A program made the position numbers and the translations under genes. This document shows, piece after piece, positions 26,418 through 39,900 of a stretch of DNA of 64,000 bases. The notes under the pieces are model-generated. The model saw only the letters and a program-made list of their open reading frames with translations. It was not told the origin of the DNA and did no database searches. Source of the DNA: Eledone cirrhosa (taxonomy: Eukaryota). Positions within the stretch are counted from its first letter, which is position 1; every line of letters begins with the position of its first letter. The stretch is taken from assembly GCA_964016885.1 (NCBI GenBank), contig OZ024741.1, positions 189,410,001 through 189,474,000 of the forward strand, given 5' to 3'.

Positions 26418-26604
26418 GTGGATTGGCAGTATCGGTAGAGAGTCGGACGCCATGCTTTGAAGCATAGAGTTACGTCCCTTTATGATCTGAGTTCAAATCC
26501 CGCCGAGGTTAACTTTGCCTTTCATCCTTACGGGGTCGATAAAATAGAGTACTAGTAATGTACTGGGTAATTGCTGGCCTTGTGCCTAAAATAGAAACAA
26601 TTAT
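26418..26604 (+). mobile_element. tRNA-derived SINE inserted into an older repeat
   Basis: Complete head, core and tail; attttctaagaa on both sides. Confidence 0.85.
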
Positions 26605-28671
26605 TTTCTAAGAAAGTATGGTGTGATTTGAGGGAGGGATGGATGCTACTTTTAGCAAGTCAAACAACCATGTGAAGGTATCATCATTGACTCATGTGCT
26701 TTTGGTGAGTTTAAATTGTAAACCTATCTGTATTTTAATGAAATATTTTTCTTTCCACATTATTTTGTGGTGAAGGTAGATAATTCGAAATGTAGGCTTT
26801 GCCTTTTTGAATAAGCATAAAATAGTTTTGTGTGTGATTCAACATAGATAAATAAAAACAGTTGATAATGATAATTCTCTATAGACTCCCACACAAAAGG
26901 ATGTGAGTAACTATAGAAGCTTTACTAACATCAAAATATAAACCAAAAAATAACACATAATTACAGCAGCCATTGAATTAATTTTCAATACTGCCAGGTT
27001 TCACTCATTCAAATGCTTTTAAATCTAGCATCCATGATTTTACTAGTGTTCTCTTGATCCACTAATACTGCAATTCTTTTTTTTTTTTTTAAGATTTTAT
27101 TCAAATGTATACCAAATATCTAAACCCATGCTAACGTGGAAGATAGACATTAAACGATGATGATGATGATGATGATGACATGTTTATTTTCAATATAGAG
27201 ATAATAAAAAAAAGCAGGGTAAACAAAAGGAACGAAGGAATAGGGAAATATAGAAAAAAAAAGAGAAGGAGAGAAAGAAAGAAGAAACAGATTGGGAAGG
27301 GAAGGGGATGGCAAGAGCTCTGGTGTTGCAGAAGAGAGGGGAGGGGTGAAGGGGGAGGATGATTGGGCTTCGGGCCTAGGGCAAGAGGGCCGAAGTGCTG
27401 CGCCCCGCTGACAAGATGACAAAAGCATTCCCCCGGATGATGGCCGGTGACACAGCCACCCAACCTCGCAGGGCTCCCTCCTCAGATGGGCTGCCGACAT
27501 TCCGATCTTGTGGAGAAGCTCGGCAGTATGTATTCTGAAAATAAGATATAGATCTAGGAACACTATTGTTCCAAACCAAACATGAAAAAATCATGACCAA
27601 AGCTAGAGAACTCTCATGGACACAAAACACACACACACACACACATTCTGAGTAGTTCATTTCCTGGGCAATGCTGGGTAGCTGTGTGGTGTCATCACCA
27701 TTGCTTAACATCTATTTTCCATAGGTTGGACAGGTTTTTACAAAGCTAGACTGGTCGGGTCATCACATCTTACCAACCACTTTACAGCATGTACTGGGAG
27801 CATTTTATCATGTCTCTAACATTGCCACCATACAAGGTGGACTAGATGCTTTTTTGTTGTGGCACCTGCACTACCAGTATACAGGGTGGACTGGGTGCTT
27901 TTTATCATTGCACCAGCACTACCACTTTGGGAGATGATGTGTAAAATGACGATGGGGCGGGGACATCCAACTATGGGAGTGGTATCACTGGGTCATGGAG
28001 GTTGGCTTTCCTTCTTCTGAATGTCTCCCACATGTTCTGTATCAACACTAGCCGGGAATGAAGACATCCAATCTTCCTATGGTGTCTCAAGGAAAGCTTT
28101 GTCTTTAGATGGGACACCCTTTCATTTGAGAACATCCTGGCTTGCAATGACTTTTTCGTTTTTCTATCCTTGATACTCTTTACATAATTTCTCGATTGAA
28201 GTACAGATGTTTTGTTTTTTTTTCCATTTTGGTAGGGATGTTTTCTGTTCCCCACACTTCCTGGATCACCTGGCTAGTGTTTTTTATGGCAACTGAAATT
28301 GTCTCCCAGAGTTCAACAGAGTGGTAGATAAAACACAAGAACACTTGTATAGCAGGGAGTCAAGTCTGAGGTAACTGCCCATTGGGTTTTTTCTGAAGCA
28401 GCCAAATGGCCTTTCTGGTTTCCATTTTCCTAAGGAAGAAGAGCAAAATCAATCAATCAATTTTATTTTAACAAGACTTTGGGTTCTTACATTTCTGGAA
28501 CCCATTTAGGCTATGAAAAACAAAAGAGAAGAAACTTATTTCATAACTTGGACAGATAGAACTTGATGAAAACCAATATTTACTACTCACTAATTAAACC
28601 AGCAGTGGACCTAAGAATCAACAATACAATGAACCTTGTTATTAACTCATTAACTTGTTGAATTATCAAAA

Positions 28672-29505
28672 CAGTGCTTTCATCCTGTTGGTAAAAAATG
28701 TCATCAACACCAGATATGACATCATCACTGCGATACTTGGTTCCCAGCCAAGTATTTTTTTATGTTGGGGAACAGATGATTGTCAGATGGGGTCAAATCA
28801 GGAAAATAAGGAGGGTGATCAACCAGTTTAAAACCAGTCATGCACAGCAGCCATTGAAGCCAAGGACTTGGGTGCTGGAGCATTGTTTTCATGAAACAAG
28901 ACCTCTTTCATCAGTTTTCTTGCGTATTTGGTCTTGATAGCCTATCATAATTACCTCAGCATATAGGCATCACATTCTTTATTAATGGTCGGGCCCTTTT
29001 GAAGATAGTCAATAAACACAATGTCTTTTACAAAACTGAGGCCATCACCTTCCCTGCAGATGAAACGACCTTGGCCTTCTTTGGAATAGGTGAGGAGGAG
29101 TGTTTCCACTGCATGGATTGTCTCTTTGTCTCTAGCTCAAAGTGATGAAACCAACATACATCCTGGGTTAGGAAACATTCAAGGAAACCAATTGGATCTG
29201 CCTCAAACAATGTCAGATTTTCCCATATGATCAGCCTGGTGCACTTTTGATCAGGTGTCAGAAGATATGGCACCCACCTTTTTTTCTGTAGGTACTTGAT
29301 AAGACCATGATGCCAAATTTTGTTAATTTTCAAGAGACATCCCTACTAGCTACTTTTGAAGTTTCTTTGAACAATCAGATGTCAATTACCTGGAGAAAAT
29401 CAATACAGTTATTTTTTTATAAGAGTTGAAAATAATGCATGCAAGATTTCCCAGCTCTAACATCACTTCTTCATAGTCAGCCTATGGACTTTTACAGACC
29501 ACCCT

Positions 29506-29507
<2 letters not shown>
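28672..29507 (-). mobile_element. Decayed mariner transposon
   Basis: RWVPYLLT, ETKRQSMQW..KKAK..SAGKVMAS and HPPYFPDLTPSD (YSPDLAPSD-like) motifs with deletions and stops. Confidence 0.85.
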
Positions 29508-29561
<54 letters not shown>

Positions 29562-29778
29562 AAAAGGAAGTACAGCATAATCGAAGCTCTGGCTGCAGCC
29601 AAGCTAACGAATGCAGTCGGGATGTGCAGAGCTAAAGCACTCAATAAGGAATTTTACCTTAGAGTTATAACATTACGTTTAGACAGCTATGCAAATTGAA
29701 GACAGCGACCGATAAGCGAGCCGCTAGGACCAGAGCAACGAAAAAAACCGACTCAGGAAAAATTATGACATATATATA

Positions 29779-30042
29779 TATTAGTTTAACAATGATAATA
29801 ATAACAAAAGCAAGTTATTTTACATATTCCATTCATTGTTTTACGATCGTTTTGGAGGGTTGATCTTCTTGAAGAAGATGGTATGATTGAACCCATATAT
29901 TATGTCTGATAGTATACAGTTCTCTAACTGCTATAGATCAGCCAATATATCAATATGATCAACCCCACAAAATGATCGTCAAACAGTGAATGGAATATGT
30001 AAAATAACCTGCTTTGTTATTATTATTATTGTTAAACTAATA
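29779..30042. repeat. Imperfect inverted repeat (~87-bp arms), probably Penelope-type
   Basis: 29779-29865 is the reverse complement of 29957-30042; adjacent to (TA)n with an asymmetric tail. Confidence 0.7.
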
Positions 30043-30416
30043 TCTAATATATCAGACTCTGTATCTGAAGGATTAACTCAGCAAAACATGGAACCAATCT
30101 CTGGATCTCACTGAACTACTTGCTAACAGATTACATTGAGTTCTAACTACGGTATAGACCTTACCACGAAAGGTAGATCACATTGAATTGTATATATATA
30201 TGTGTGTGTGTGTAAATGTAAAATGCAGGCATTTTATGTTTGATTATTGTTGTGTGAACTTTAGCAACAGACTCCCATGTAACTTTCTGAAAGCAAGCTA
30301 TCTCTGAATCACTATGCTCTGCTTTTAAGGCAGCCTGTCCTTTCATTTGTGAGTTAGGTTGTTGTCTGTCATTATTTATCGCCGAGGTTGACTTTGCCTT
30401 TCATCCTTACGGGGTC

Positions 30417-31146
30417 ATCATCATCATCATCATCATCAACGTTTAACGTCCGTGTTCCACGCTTGCATGGGTTTGGACAGGGGTAGTCCCACTTGAGGCA
30501 AGAGTGATTGTCTTGCTCGCACAGGACTGTCTGGCAGGTTTTCTACAGTTGGATGCCCTTCCTAACACCAACCACATTTACAGTGTGGGTCTGGGAGGTT
30601 TTTACCGTGTTGCCTACACGGCCACATTACAGCGTGGACTGTGTGTTTTTTTGTCGTGACACCTACACGATCTCATTTGTTTCGGCCTCGATGGCGCGGC
30701 ACCAACATAACTTTACATAGAACGGGGTGGTGTGGATGGGGTGGGGGTGGGGGTGGTGGGACGGGGTGTATTTTGTTAGAGATGCCTACTGGCTGGAGTA
30801 GGTTTTACTATATATTCAGGTAAGGCGGGTCTTCTCCGTTACTGAGTACCGCCAAAGGTCTCGGTCCAGTGACATTGTCTTGGAGAGGTGTAAGTGTGTG
30901 ATGTCGGAGTTTATCAGCTCGTCCCAGGTTTTTCTAGGTCTGCCTATTCCGTGACTACCGTCTATCTTTATTGCCCTGCACTTTGTTATACAGCTATCGA
31001 CTTTCATGCGCATCACGTGTCCATACCAACGTAGCCTTCTCTCGAGTAAACAACATCTGATCCCTCTTATCTCTAATTTTTTCCTTAGTTCGTTTATGCT
31101 TTGCCGTTCACGTATATTACTGTTACACATCCAGCGGAGCATGCAA
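30417..31146 (-). mobile_element. 5'-truncated RTE inserted inside a SINE
   Basis: MLRWMCNSNIRERQS..ERRLRWYGHV; the SINE core is split cttacggggtc | ggtcgataaaataaag with ggtc duplicated. Confidence 0.9.
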
Positions 31147-31574
31147 GGTCGATAAAATAAAGTACCAGTAATGCACTGGGTAATTGCTGGCCTTGTGCCT
31201 AAAGTAGAAACAATTATTTATCTGAAAAGAAATGATTATCAGAAATCAGATCAAGTTGGAAAAAAGTTAGAGCTATTAAAAGACTTGAGTAACCTTGTAC
31301 ATCATGGCTCATCAGATAAGAACTAACATTTCAATGGCAGTCACAGTATAAATTAAGGATGACTCAAGGTGGGGGAGGGGGATTTAACTCAGAAGGGGTA
31401 ATTGGACAGGGTGGTGGGGGTAGTGGGGGAGGATAGAGATGTGTGAACAACAAGGTGATAATGAATGAATTTTAACTGGTCAGTGGGAAGAAGGTGATGA
31501 ATGTGAAGGTGGGTGTATTGGGGGTTAGTGTAAAGGTTGGAGGGATTGGTAGGATAAAATGTTGGATGGAATAT

Positions 31575-31606
<32 letters not shown>

Positions 31607-31621
31607 AGATGGATAGATAGA

Positions 31622-34600
31622 TTTCTTTATTTGCCACAAGGGCGCACAAGAAAAGGGGACAATACAAAGACATGTCGGGGATTTTACATACAGTCATGTA
31701 AAAAAATATAAAACAAACAATTACAACAATCGAAATCCCCAATAGGGGGGAGCGCCACAAATGGGTTGTTTAATACCCGTCGATAGAACAACCCTCCAGG
31801 AGTGTGTTGTGCAAGTGCTCCTTTCTTCCTTTTGCTCTCTTCTTTAACCTACAGGCTTATAAACAGAGAAGGCCCAATCACTCGGGCCATTTTTTCCACA
31901 TTCACCCACCTCTCAGTAAATTTACTGGGGTGCAGTGCCTCTCTCTCTCCACTCTGATTCTCCTTCTAAAGTGGTACCTAAAGAAGGGAATCAATTGTTG
32001 TCCGGAGAGAAAGGCATCTGTCCTCAGTCCTCTCAATCTCATCCACCATATAACTTCTTTCACCAAAGCCACTATACAGAGGAAAACCGCCTCTCTTTCG
32101 TTTTTGAAAGAGGCTGGCGGTTTGATGCTTACTATGGATTCGGCAGTCAACTGAATTTGTCCCATACGTGGCAGCAGTTGTTCTGCATAGTTCCACAGGT
32201 CGGTTACGCCCGGGCAGTGTACAGTTGCGTGCAGGACGGTTTCAATGTCCTGTGTGTTCTAGAGGTATGCCCTGCAACAGCTCCAATTTCCGCAGTAGTG
32301 GCTCTAGACTCAATACATACAGAATGGAGGAGAGAGGGCACCTCTGTCGATTGGAACGTGTGATTGCGAACGGCTCCGATAGGTAGCCATTCACGTTGAC
32401 CTTCGAGCAGATGCTGGTGTGCATCGCCTTGATCCAGCCTCTGGAAATGGGACTGAAACCAGCCGCCTTGAGAACCGCTTCCAAGTATCGATGGTCGACT
32501 CTATCGAATGCCTTAGACTGATCCAAATTGATCAGAGCCCCACCGAAGCCGGGTTTACTACCCACCCTCTCTATGATGTATCGAATGAGGTGGAGGTTGT
32601 TGTGTATGGACCTGGTCGGGATTGTACACTTTGCGCTTTCTCTACCAGGTTCTCAACGACAAGCGCCAACCTTGTCGCTAGCACCTTGGCCAAAATTTTT
32701 AACTCTGTGTTGAGCAGAGCTATGGGCCTGAAGTTGTTAATTTCGTCCCCCTTGTCTTTCCTGATCAGCGTAACTACGCCCTTGCCTGCAGAACTGGGAA
32801 TTCTCCCGTTCTGCTGCCAATTGCAGTAGACGGCTTCGAGGATGCCAAAGAACAAGTCCGGCATGCCTATGTAAAACTCATAGACCATCTAGACCGGGTG
32901 ACTTGCGTTTCCCGCAGTGGCCCAGAGCGCCCTGTATCTCAGTGTCTGTGATTGGTCTTTCGAGGACTCGACGTTCATGTTCGAGACACATGGCATGCCG
33001 TTGAGGTATGAACTAAAGTCCATTGGCCCGTTCGGCTCACCGTCGTTCTGCTCAAACAGTCGCGCAAAGTGCTGTTGAAAGGCCGTGCACATTTGCTTGG
33101 GGTCAAGTAGCACGCGTCCGTTTTGGTCTTTCAAAGACCGAATCATGGACTTGTTGCCACTTTTTGCCTCCGCCACTTGGGCCCAGCTGACACCTTTCGC
33201 TCCTTCATTTCCTAGAGCACGTGTTTTGCTTCTGACCACGCAGCCTTTGTGTTTCACATTGAAGAACTGGTCCAGTGCTGTTCTCGACGCTAACACTTTA
33301 GCCACGTTGCCACTTCTAAGTGCCTCCTCTACTTTGGCTACTAGTTCTCTTTCTATTTTGTTTTTCTCTAAGGCTAACTCTCTGCTAAACCCTATCGATT
33401 CTACTCTAATTGCTTTCTTGAGAGAGTACCACCATATATTGTTGACAATGGCTCCCATTAACTATTGCTTGACTAGTCTTCTTATCTGTTCACTGTAAGC
33501 TTTACGTGCCAGCAATGACACGTTCAACTTCCAGTATCCGGGTCCCTGTCTATGTGTTCTGTCATGGTTGACTATGCAGATGACTAATTTGCCTCTTTTT
33601 TTGTTTTTTAGATTTCTCCGAGGCTCTCCTTCTTCTTCACTTAAAGAAGGAGAAGCAGCCTCATCTGTTAATGAATAATCATCGTCAGGAGTGTGGGGTA
33701 GGGGTATGTTGTGTGGTGGTGGTATTTCGGTGCGTGTGTTTGTGGTAGTGTTTGATGGAGTGGGATGGGGTGGGGCTGTGTTCTTCAGGGGTGTTGTCTG
33801 TGTTTTTTTCTGTTGTTGTTGGTTGAGTGGCTATTTGTTTTGGTGTGTTTGCTCGTTTCGTCTGTTGTTGTACTTGTGGTGGTGGTTGTTTTGGTGTTGG
33901 TGTTGGTAATAGTGTTTTTTTTATTATGTTGTTGTGGTGTGTTTGTGAAGGACAGGAGGTCTTTAGGTGTGTTGTGCTACCACAGCGAAAGCAATGAAAT
34001 TTTCGTCCCTCCACCGAAATGTTTATTTTGTTGTCGTCGATGACGACTTTTTCGGGTATTTTGGAGATTCTCTCCGGCCTCATCTGCATCAGAATCTCCA
34101 AATCAGTAACCGCCCACCTTTGTCTAATAGACTTTCGTATTGAAAGAATAGCATCAGGCTTTGGCTCCACGAAGCCAGCCAAGATCCCCCAGATATTAAT
34201 GTTTGGTGGTATATATATATATATTTTTTGTGTGTCCTTTTTCCCATGTACGTAGGGAAAAAGGTGAATGCTTTTGACACCATTGGTGTCACAGAATGTT
34301 TTTGGGCGAGTGCCTCGCTTTTAAACAGTACGGAAACACTTCCGTACTGTTTTCCTCGTTGAAGAAAGTCAATATTTTCTAGAGTCTCCTTCAAGGTGGC
34401 TTCTATATCTCCTTGACTCACAAATATTGGCTTTCTCGTTGTGTTTGAGACAGTCCTGAAGGTCACTGTCCTTCGAACTGTCTCTTCTTTTATTTCGAGG
34501 GGTGAGTTGATTCTAAACCCACCCTTGTCTTCGAAAGTTACAAATTTTCTCCCTTGCTGGAGCATATCTCTTGCATTGGAGATGTCAAGATTTATAAAAT

Positions 34601-35158
34601 CTTGTTTTTTGTTCACTGTTTCAGCGAAAGACATTTTTTCTTGTGGTGTTGCTGTTGTTGTTGTTATCGTTATTGGCCTCGGTGTTGGAAATCGCAATTT
34701 CTTGACGAGGTGAAACTTTATGTGTAGATGTATCTATGGAGTTGTTGTCTTTTTTATGTGTATGTATATTAATAGGTTTAATTCCTGTATTTTCCTGTGT
34801 GTTATTTTTCTCCGCTTCGACAGTAGAAATTTTAAAATCTTCAAGTGGTAATGTTATTTTTCTCTCTTTGTTGACAGTCGTATCCATGGCGACGTCCATA
34901 GTGGCAGAAGCAGGTATAACGTTAATTCTACCGTTCTTTCCGAGCTATTCATGTTTTATAGTTGGCAAAATTAGATTTTTTAAAACAATTTTTAAATTAA
35001 ATTTTCGGCCCTAAAGGGGCGAAAAATGGGATTACCACCCAGCTGACAATTCAGCTTAGGGGTTAATCTACAAAATGATATATTTTTTTCAAACAATTTG
35101 TTCAGTTTTTTTGTATAGAAATTTACAAAAAAGCTTACCGGCGATGTTCCACACGTCA
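31622..35158 (-). mobile_element. Tx1-clade LINE copy A (older; two internal deletions and frameshifts)
   Basis: ORF1 remnants 33685-34899 (CFRCGSTTHLKTSC knuckle); ORF2 remnants ~31850-33590 lacking the endonuclease and the RT C-half; (GATA)n at both ends. Confidence 0.9.
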
Positions 35159-35171
35159 AATAGATAGATAT

Positions 35172-36713
35172 ATTTCTTTATTAGCCATAGGGGCACAAAA
35201 GAAGGGGACAAATACAAAGGGTGAAGTTTACATACAATAAAAACGTGTAAAATGTTATCACAGATGGAATTTAAAAGTTAGTCGATTTTCCCCAATAGAG
35301 GGAGACAGTTTATATGGGTAACACATACCCCCGAAAAAAATGTGCAACCCTCATCTCCAGGAGTACGAAGAGCTTGTACTCCTTTCCTCTCCTCCTCCTT
35401 TTCCTCAATCTACAGGCTGATATAGAGAGAAGGCCCATTCACTCGGGCCATTCTCGCCACTTTCACCCACCTTTCATAAAACTTGCTGGGGTACAGCACC
35501 TCTCTCTCCATCCTGATTCTTCTTCCAAAGTGGTATTTGAAAAAAAGAATCAGTTGTTGGCCGGAGAGAAAGGTGTCTGACCTCAGCCCTTTCAACCTTG
35601 TCCACCATACAACCTCTTTCGCCATAGCTATCACACAAAGGAAAACCGCCTCTCCTTCGTTTTTGAAGGAGGGTGGCGGTTTGATCATGACAATGGACTC
35701 GGTGGTCAACTGGATTGGTCCCACCCGCGACAATAGTCGTTCTACATATCCCCACAGGTCAGTGACGCCCGGGCAGTGTATGAATGCGTGCGCGACGGTT
35801 TCTTCGTCTCGCACGCACCTCGGACAGATCTTTTTTGCAGGGTCCCTGCCCGGGCGCCCATGTCTGTAGAGCTTGTCTCGAACTGGTAGAGCTCCTCGGT
35901 AGCACTGCCAGGCCAGGGACTTTTGGAAGTTGTCCATCGGTCCCGGGCGGAAGGTCCTACCGAACAGACTGGCCAGTTCATCTTCCTCCACGCCTAGAGT
36001 TTCACCGAGCGCGTCGTCGCACTTGCTGCGGACCAACCCTCTATAGAATGACGAAGTGGAGTCTCCACTGATCGCCGGGTCCGCCTGCCAGAGGGCTGTG
36101 AGCGCCTGAGCACATTCGATGTGCCAGTCGCCCATTTTCCTCGGTCTCTGCTTGACCCAGGACTGCAGCTCGGTCAGTGAGACGAGTCGTGGGAAGGCTC
36201 GCCTCACGAACGGGGCCCACACCGGTTGTCCGGTGAGGAATACGTAGAGATGCCGCAGCCTGAGCGCGTGTTTGCGCATCGTCAACCACGGCATCCCCAG
36301 CCCTCCGTTAGAAGGGTGTTGGCAGCAGATGGATCTTCTTACCAAAGGAGCCCGCCTCTTCCAAAGGAATCGGAAGAGGGCGCGCTCCATTTTGGCGAGC
36401 GTTTTGGCTGGACAAGGCACGACGGTCAAGCGGTAGTAGATGGCGGACGCTATAAAAGTGTTCGCCACCTCCGCTCGACCTTTCAAGGATAGTTTGCACT
36501 CGGCCCACTTCTGGGTGAGTGCAAACACCTTGGCCGTCACTTCGTTCCAGTTCTTCTCCACCTGGAGGTCCGGACCAAACCAGACCCCGAGCAGCTTTGC
36601 CGGTCCTTCCGTCCAGCGTCCGACGACGCCATCGGAAGGCATCGGTCTGCCTCTCCACGATCCGAGTTGCAAACCGATGGACTTGTCCCGGTTCAGCTTC
36701 GCTCCTGTGAGAC
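35172..36713 (-). mobile_element. Tx1-clade LINE copy B (5'-truncated, ORF2 C-terminus open)
   Basis: Open frame from LTGAKLNRDKS to stop at 35410 with CPRC..ETVAH..HC zinc finger; GATA spacers on both sides. Confidence 0.93.
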
Positions 36714-36963
36714 TTAATAGATAGATAGATAAATTTCTATTTATTTGCCACGAGGGCACAAAAGAAGGGGACATTTACACAGTGGGGGAGTTTACATAAA
36801 TCGAGTAAAGAAAAAAGGAATAACAATAATAATATAACAATAAAAAGTCCTCAAAAGGGAGGGGGCGTGTTGGGGATTGCACATACCCCCGAAAAGTGTG
36901 CAACTCTTTTCGCGGGGGAAGCCCAGAGAGGAGGCGCTCCCCCTTTCCTCTTCACTTCTTCAC

Positions 36964-39900
36964 CTACAGAACAATGTAGAGAGAAGGCCCATTTACACGG
37001 GCCATTCTCGCTTCTTTCACCCACCTTTCATAAAACTGTCTGGGACCAAGCACTTCTCTCTCCATCCTGATTCTTCTTCCGAAGTGGTATCGGAAGAAGT
37101 AAACCAGGTGATGGCCGGAGAGAAAGTCACCCGACCTCAGACCTTTCAGGCGCGTCCACCACACAACCTCTTTCATCATGGCTATTATGCACAGAAAGAC
37201 CGCCTCTGCTTCATTTCTGAAGGGAGGAGGCGGCTTGATGTTCATCACAGACTCGGCGGTTAATCGAATCGGCGCCACACGCGACAGCAGTCGTTCGACG
37301 TAGCCCCACAGATCGGCAACGCCCGGGCAGTGTACCAGTGCATGCGCAACGGTTTCCTCGTCGCGCACGCATCTGGGACAGATCTTTTTCGCGGGATCCC
37401 TGCCCGGGCGCCCGTGTCTGTAGAGCTTTTCTCGAACGGGCAGAGCCCCCCGGTAACACTGCCAGGCTAGGGACCTCTGGAAGTTGTCCATGGGTCCCGG
37501 GCCGAAAGTTCTACCGAACAGGCTGGCCAGTTCGTCCTCCTCCATGCCTAGCGACTCTCCAAGGGTGTCGTCGCCCCTGCTAGCCACCAACCCTCTATAG
37601 AATGTCGAGGTGGATTCTCCACTGACAGTCGGGTCCGCTTGCCAGATAGCCGTGAGCGCCTGGGCACACTCAGTGTGCCAGTTGCCCAGTTTTCTCGGTC
37701 TTTGCTTCACCCAGGATTGCAGTTCGGTGAGCGAGACGAGCTGTGGGAAGGCTCGCCTCACAAACGGGGCCCACACCGGCTGACCGTTGAGGAATACCTG
37801 TAGATGCCGTAGCCTCAATGCGTGCCTACGCATCAACAGCCACGGCATACCCAGCCCTCCTTTCGAAGGGTGCTGGCAGCAGATGGATCTCCTCACCATG
37901 GGAGGCCGCTTCTTCCAGAGGAACTGGAAGAGCATGCGTTCCATGATGGTGAGCTTTTCCTTGGGGCAAGGCACGACGGTCAGGCGGTAGTAGATGACGG
38001 ACGCTATGTAAGCGTTCGTCACCTCCGCCCGACCTTTCAGTGATAGTTTGCACTTGGCCCACTTCTGGGTCAGCGCAAACACCCTGCTCGTCACCTCGCC
38101 CCAATTCTTCTCCACCTGGAGGTCCGGTCCGAACCAGACCCCGAGCAGCTTCACCGGGCCCTCCGTCCACCGCCCGACGACACCGTCTAACGGCATCGGT
38201 TTGCCCCTCCACGTTCCGAGTTGCAAACCGACTGACTTGTCCTGGTTCAGCTTAGCCCCCGTCAGCCTTTCGTATTCCTCCAGTAGGGTGGCGATCGCCC
38301 CGATTTCCGAGGCGTCCGCCACCATTACTGTTACGTCGTCGGCATAGGCCGAGACCGCTTTGTGCAATCCCGGTTCCAGGGGTATGCCCCGCAGCAACTC
38401 CAACTTCCGCAGCAGTGGCTCGAGAGTCAATACGTACAGAAGGGAGGAGAGGGGGCACCCCTGTCTGATGGATCGGGTGATTTGAAACGGCTCCGAGAGG
38501 TAGCCGTTTACTTTAATCCTAGAGTAGATGTTGCCACTGTGCATGGCAGAAATCCAGCCCCTGAAAACGGGTCCGAAGCCCGCCGCCGCTAGCACCGCAT
38601 CCAGGTAACCATGGTCGACCCTATCGAACGCCTTAGATTGATCCAAGTTGATCAGGGCCCCACCAAAGCCGGGTTCGTAGCCAACCCTCTCTATGATGTA
38701 TCGCATGAGGTGGAGGTTGTCGTGAATGGACCTGGACGGGATAGCGCATGTCTGCGCGTCTCCCACCAAACCACCCACCACAAGCGCCAACCTCTTCGCC
38801 AACACCTTGGCCAAAATCTGTAACTCTGCATTCAGCAGAGTTATGGGCCTAAAGTTACTTAAGTCGTCCCCCTTGCTCTCGTCCTTCCTCACTAGCGTGA
38901 CCACGCCCTTGGTCACAGAACAGGGAATTCTCCCGTTCTGTTGCCAGTTGCAATAGACAGCCTCGAGGAGTTCGGAGAACAAGACCGGCATAGCTAAATA
39001 AAGTTCGTATGGTAGACCATCGAGACCCGGGGATTTGCGTCTGCTGCATTGGCTGAGCGCTTCCCCGATTTCAGTGGCTGTGATTGGCCCTTCGCAGCAC
39101 TCCGCTTCGCCGCTCGAAAGACGCGGTAGACCGTCGAGGTATAGACCGAAGTCCACATCCCGGTCCGGCCCCCCGCCACCTCCGAACAGTCGAGCAAAGT
39201 GCCTTTGAAAGGTCTCGCACATTCGCTCAGGTTCAAGGATCACCCGTCCATCCTGGTCTCGCAAAGACCGAATGGTGGATTTAATCCCACTCTTGGCTTC
39301 TGTCACGCGGGCCCAGCTAACAGCTTTGGTCCCCTCGTTTCCTAAAGCACGTATTTTACTTCGGACAACGCAGCCTTCGTGCTTCGCGTCAAAGAACTGG
39401 CTCAATGCCGTTCTCGTCGCTAACACTCTGGCTACGTCTCCGCTCCTAATCGCCTCTTCTAGTTTATCTGTTAACTCCCTTTCCCTCCTATTTCTATTCG
39501 CCGCTAGTTCCTTACTGTAACCTATCGAACTTACTCTAATCTCTCTCTTTAGAGATATCCACCACCTACTGTTGACGATCGCTCCCGTCAACCGCATCTT
39601 AACTAAGCTACTAATCCGGTTTCTGTAATCTTTCTTTGTCGGTAAGGACAAGTTCATCTTCCAGTAACCGGGACCCTGTCTATGCGTTCTATCAAGGTTG
39701 ACCACGCAGGTCACTAATTTGTGATCTGAATAGCCAACCATGATCAGTTCTGGACAACTAAATACGTCCCTATCCTTACTCCTAACCAAAAACCTATCTA
39801 GGTACGATCTAGATTGTCCACTGCGGTTTGCCCAGGTCCAGGTTGGCGCAGTTGGACAATCTAGTCGAAATCTATCGACCAGGTCGAATCGATCGAGTAA

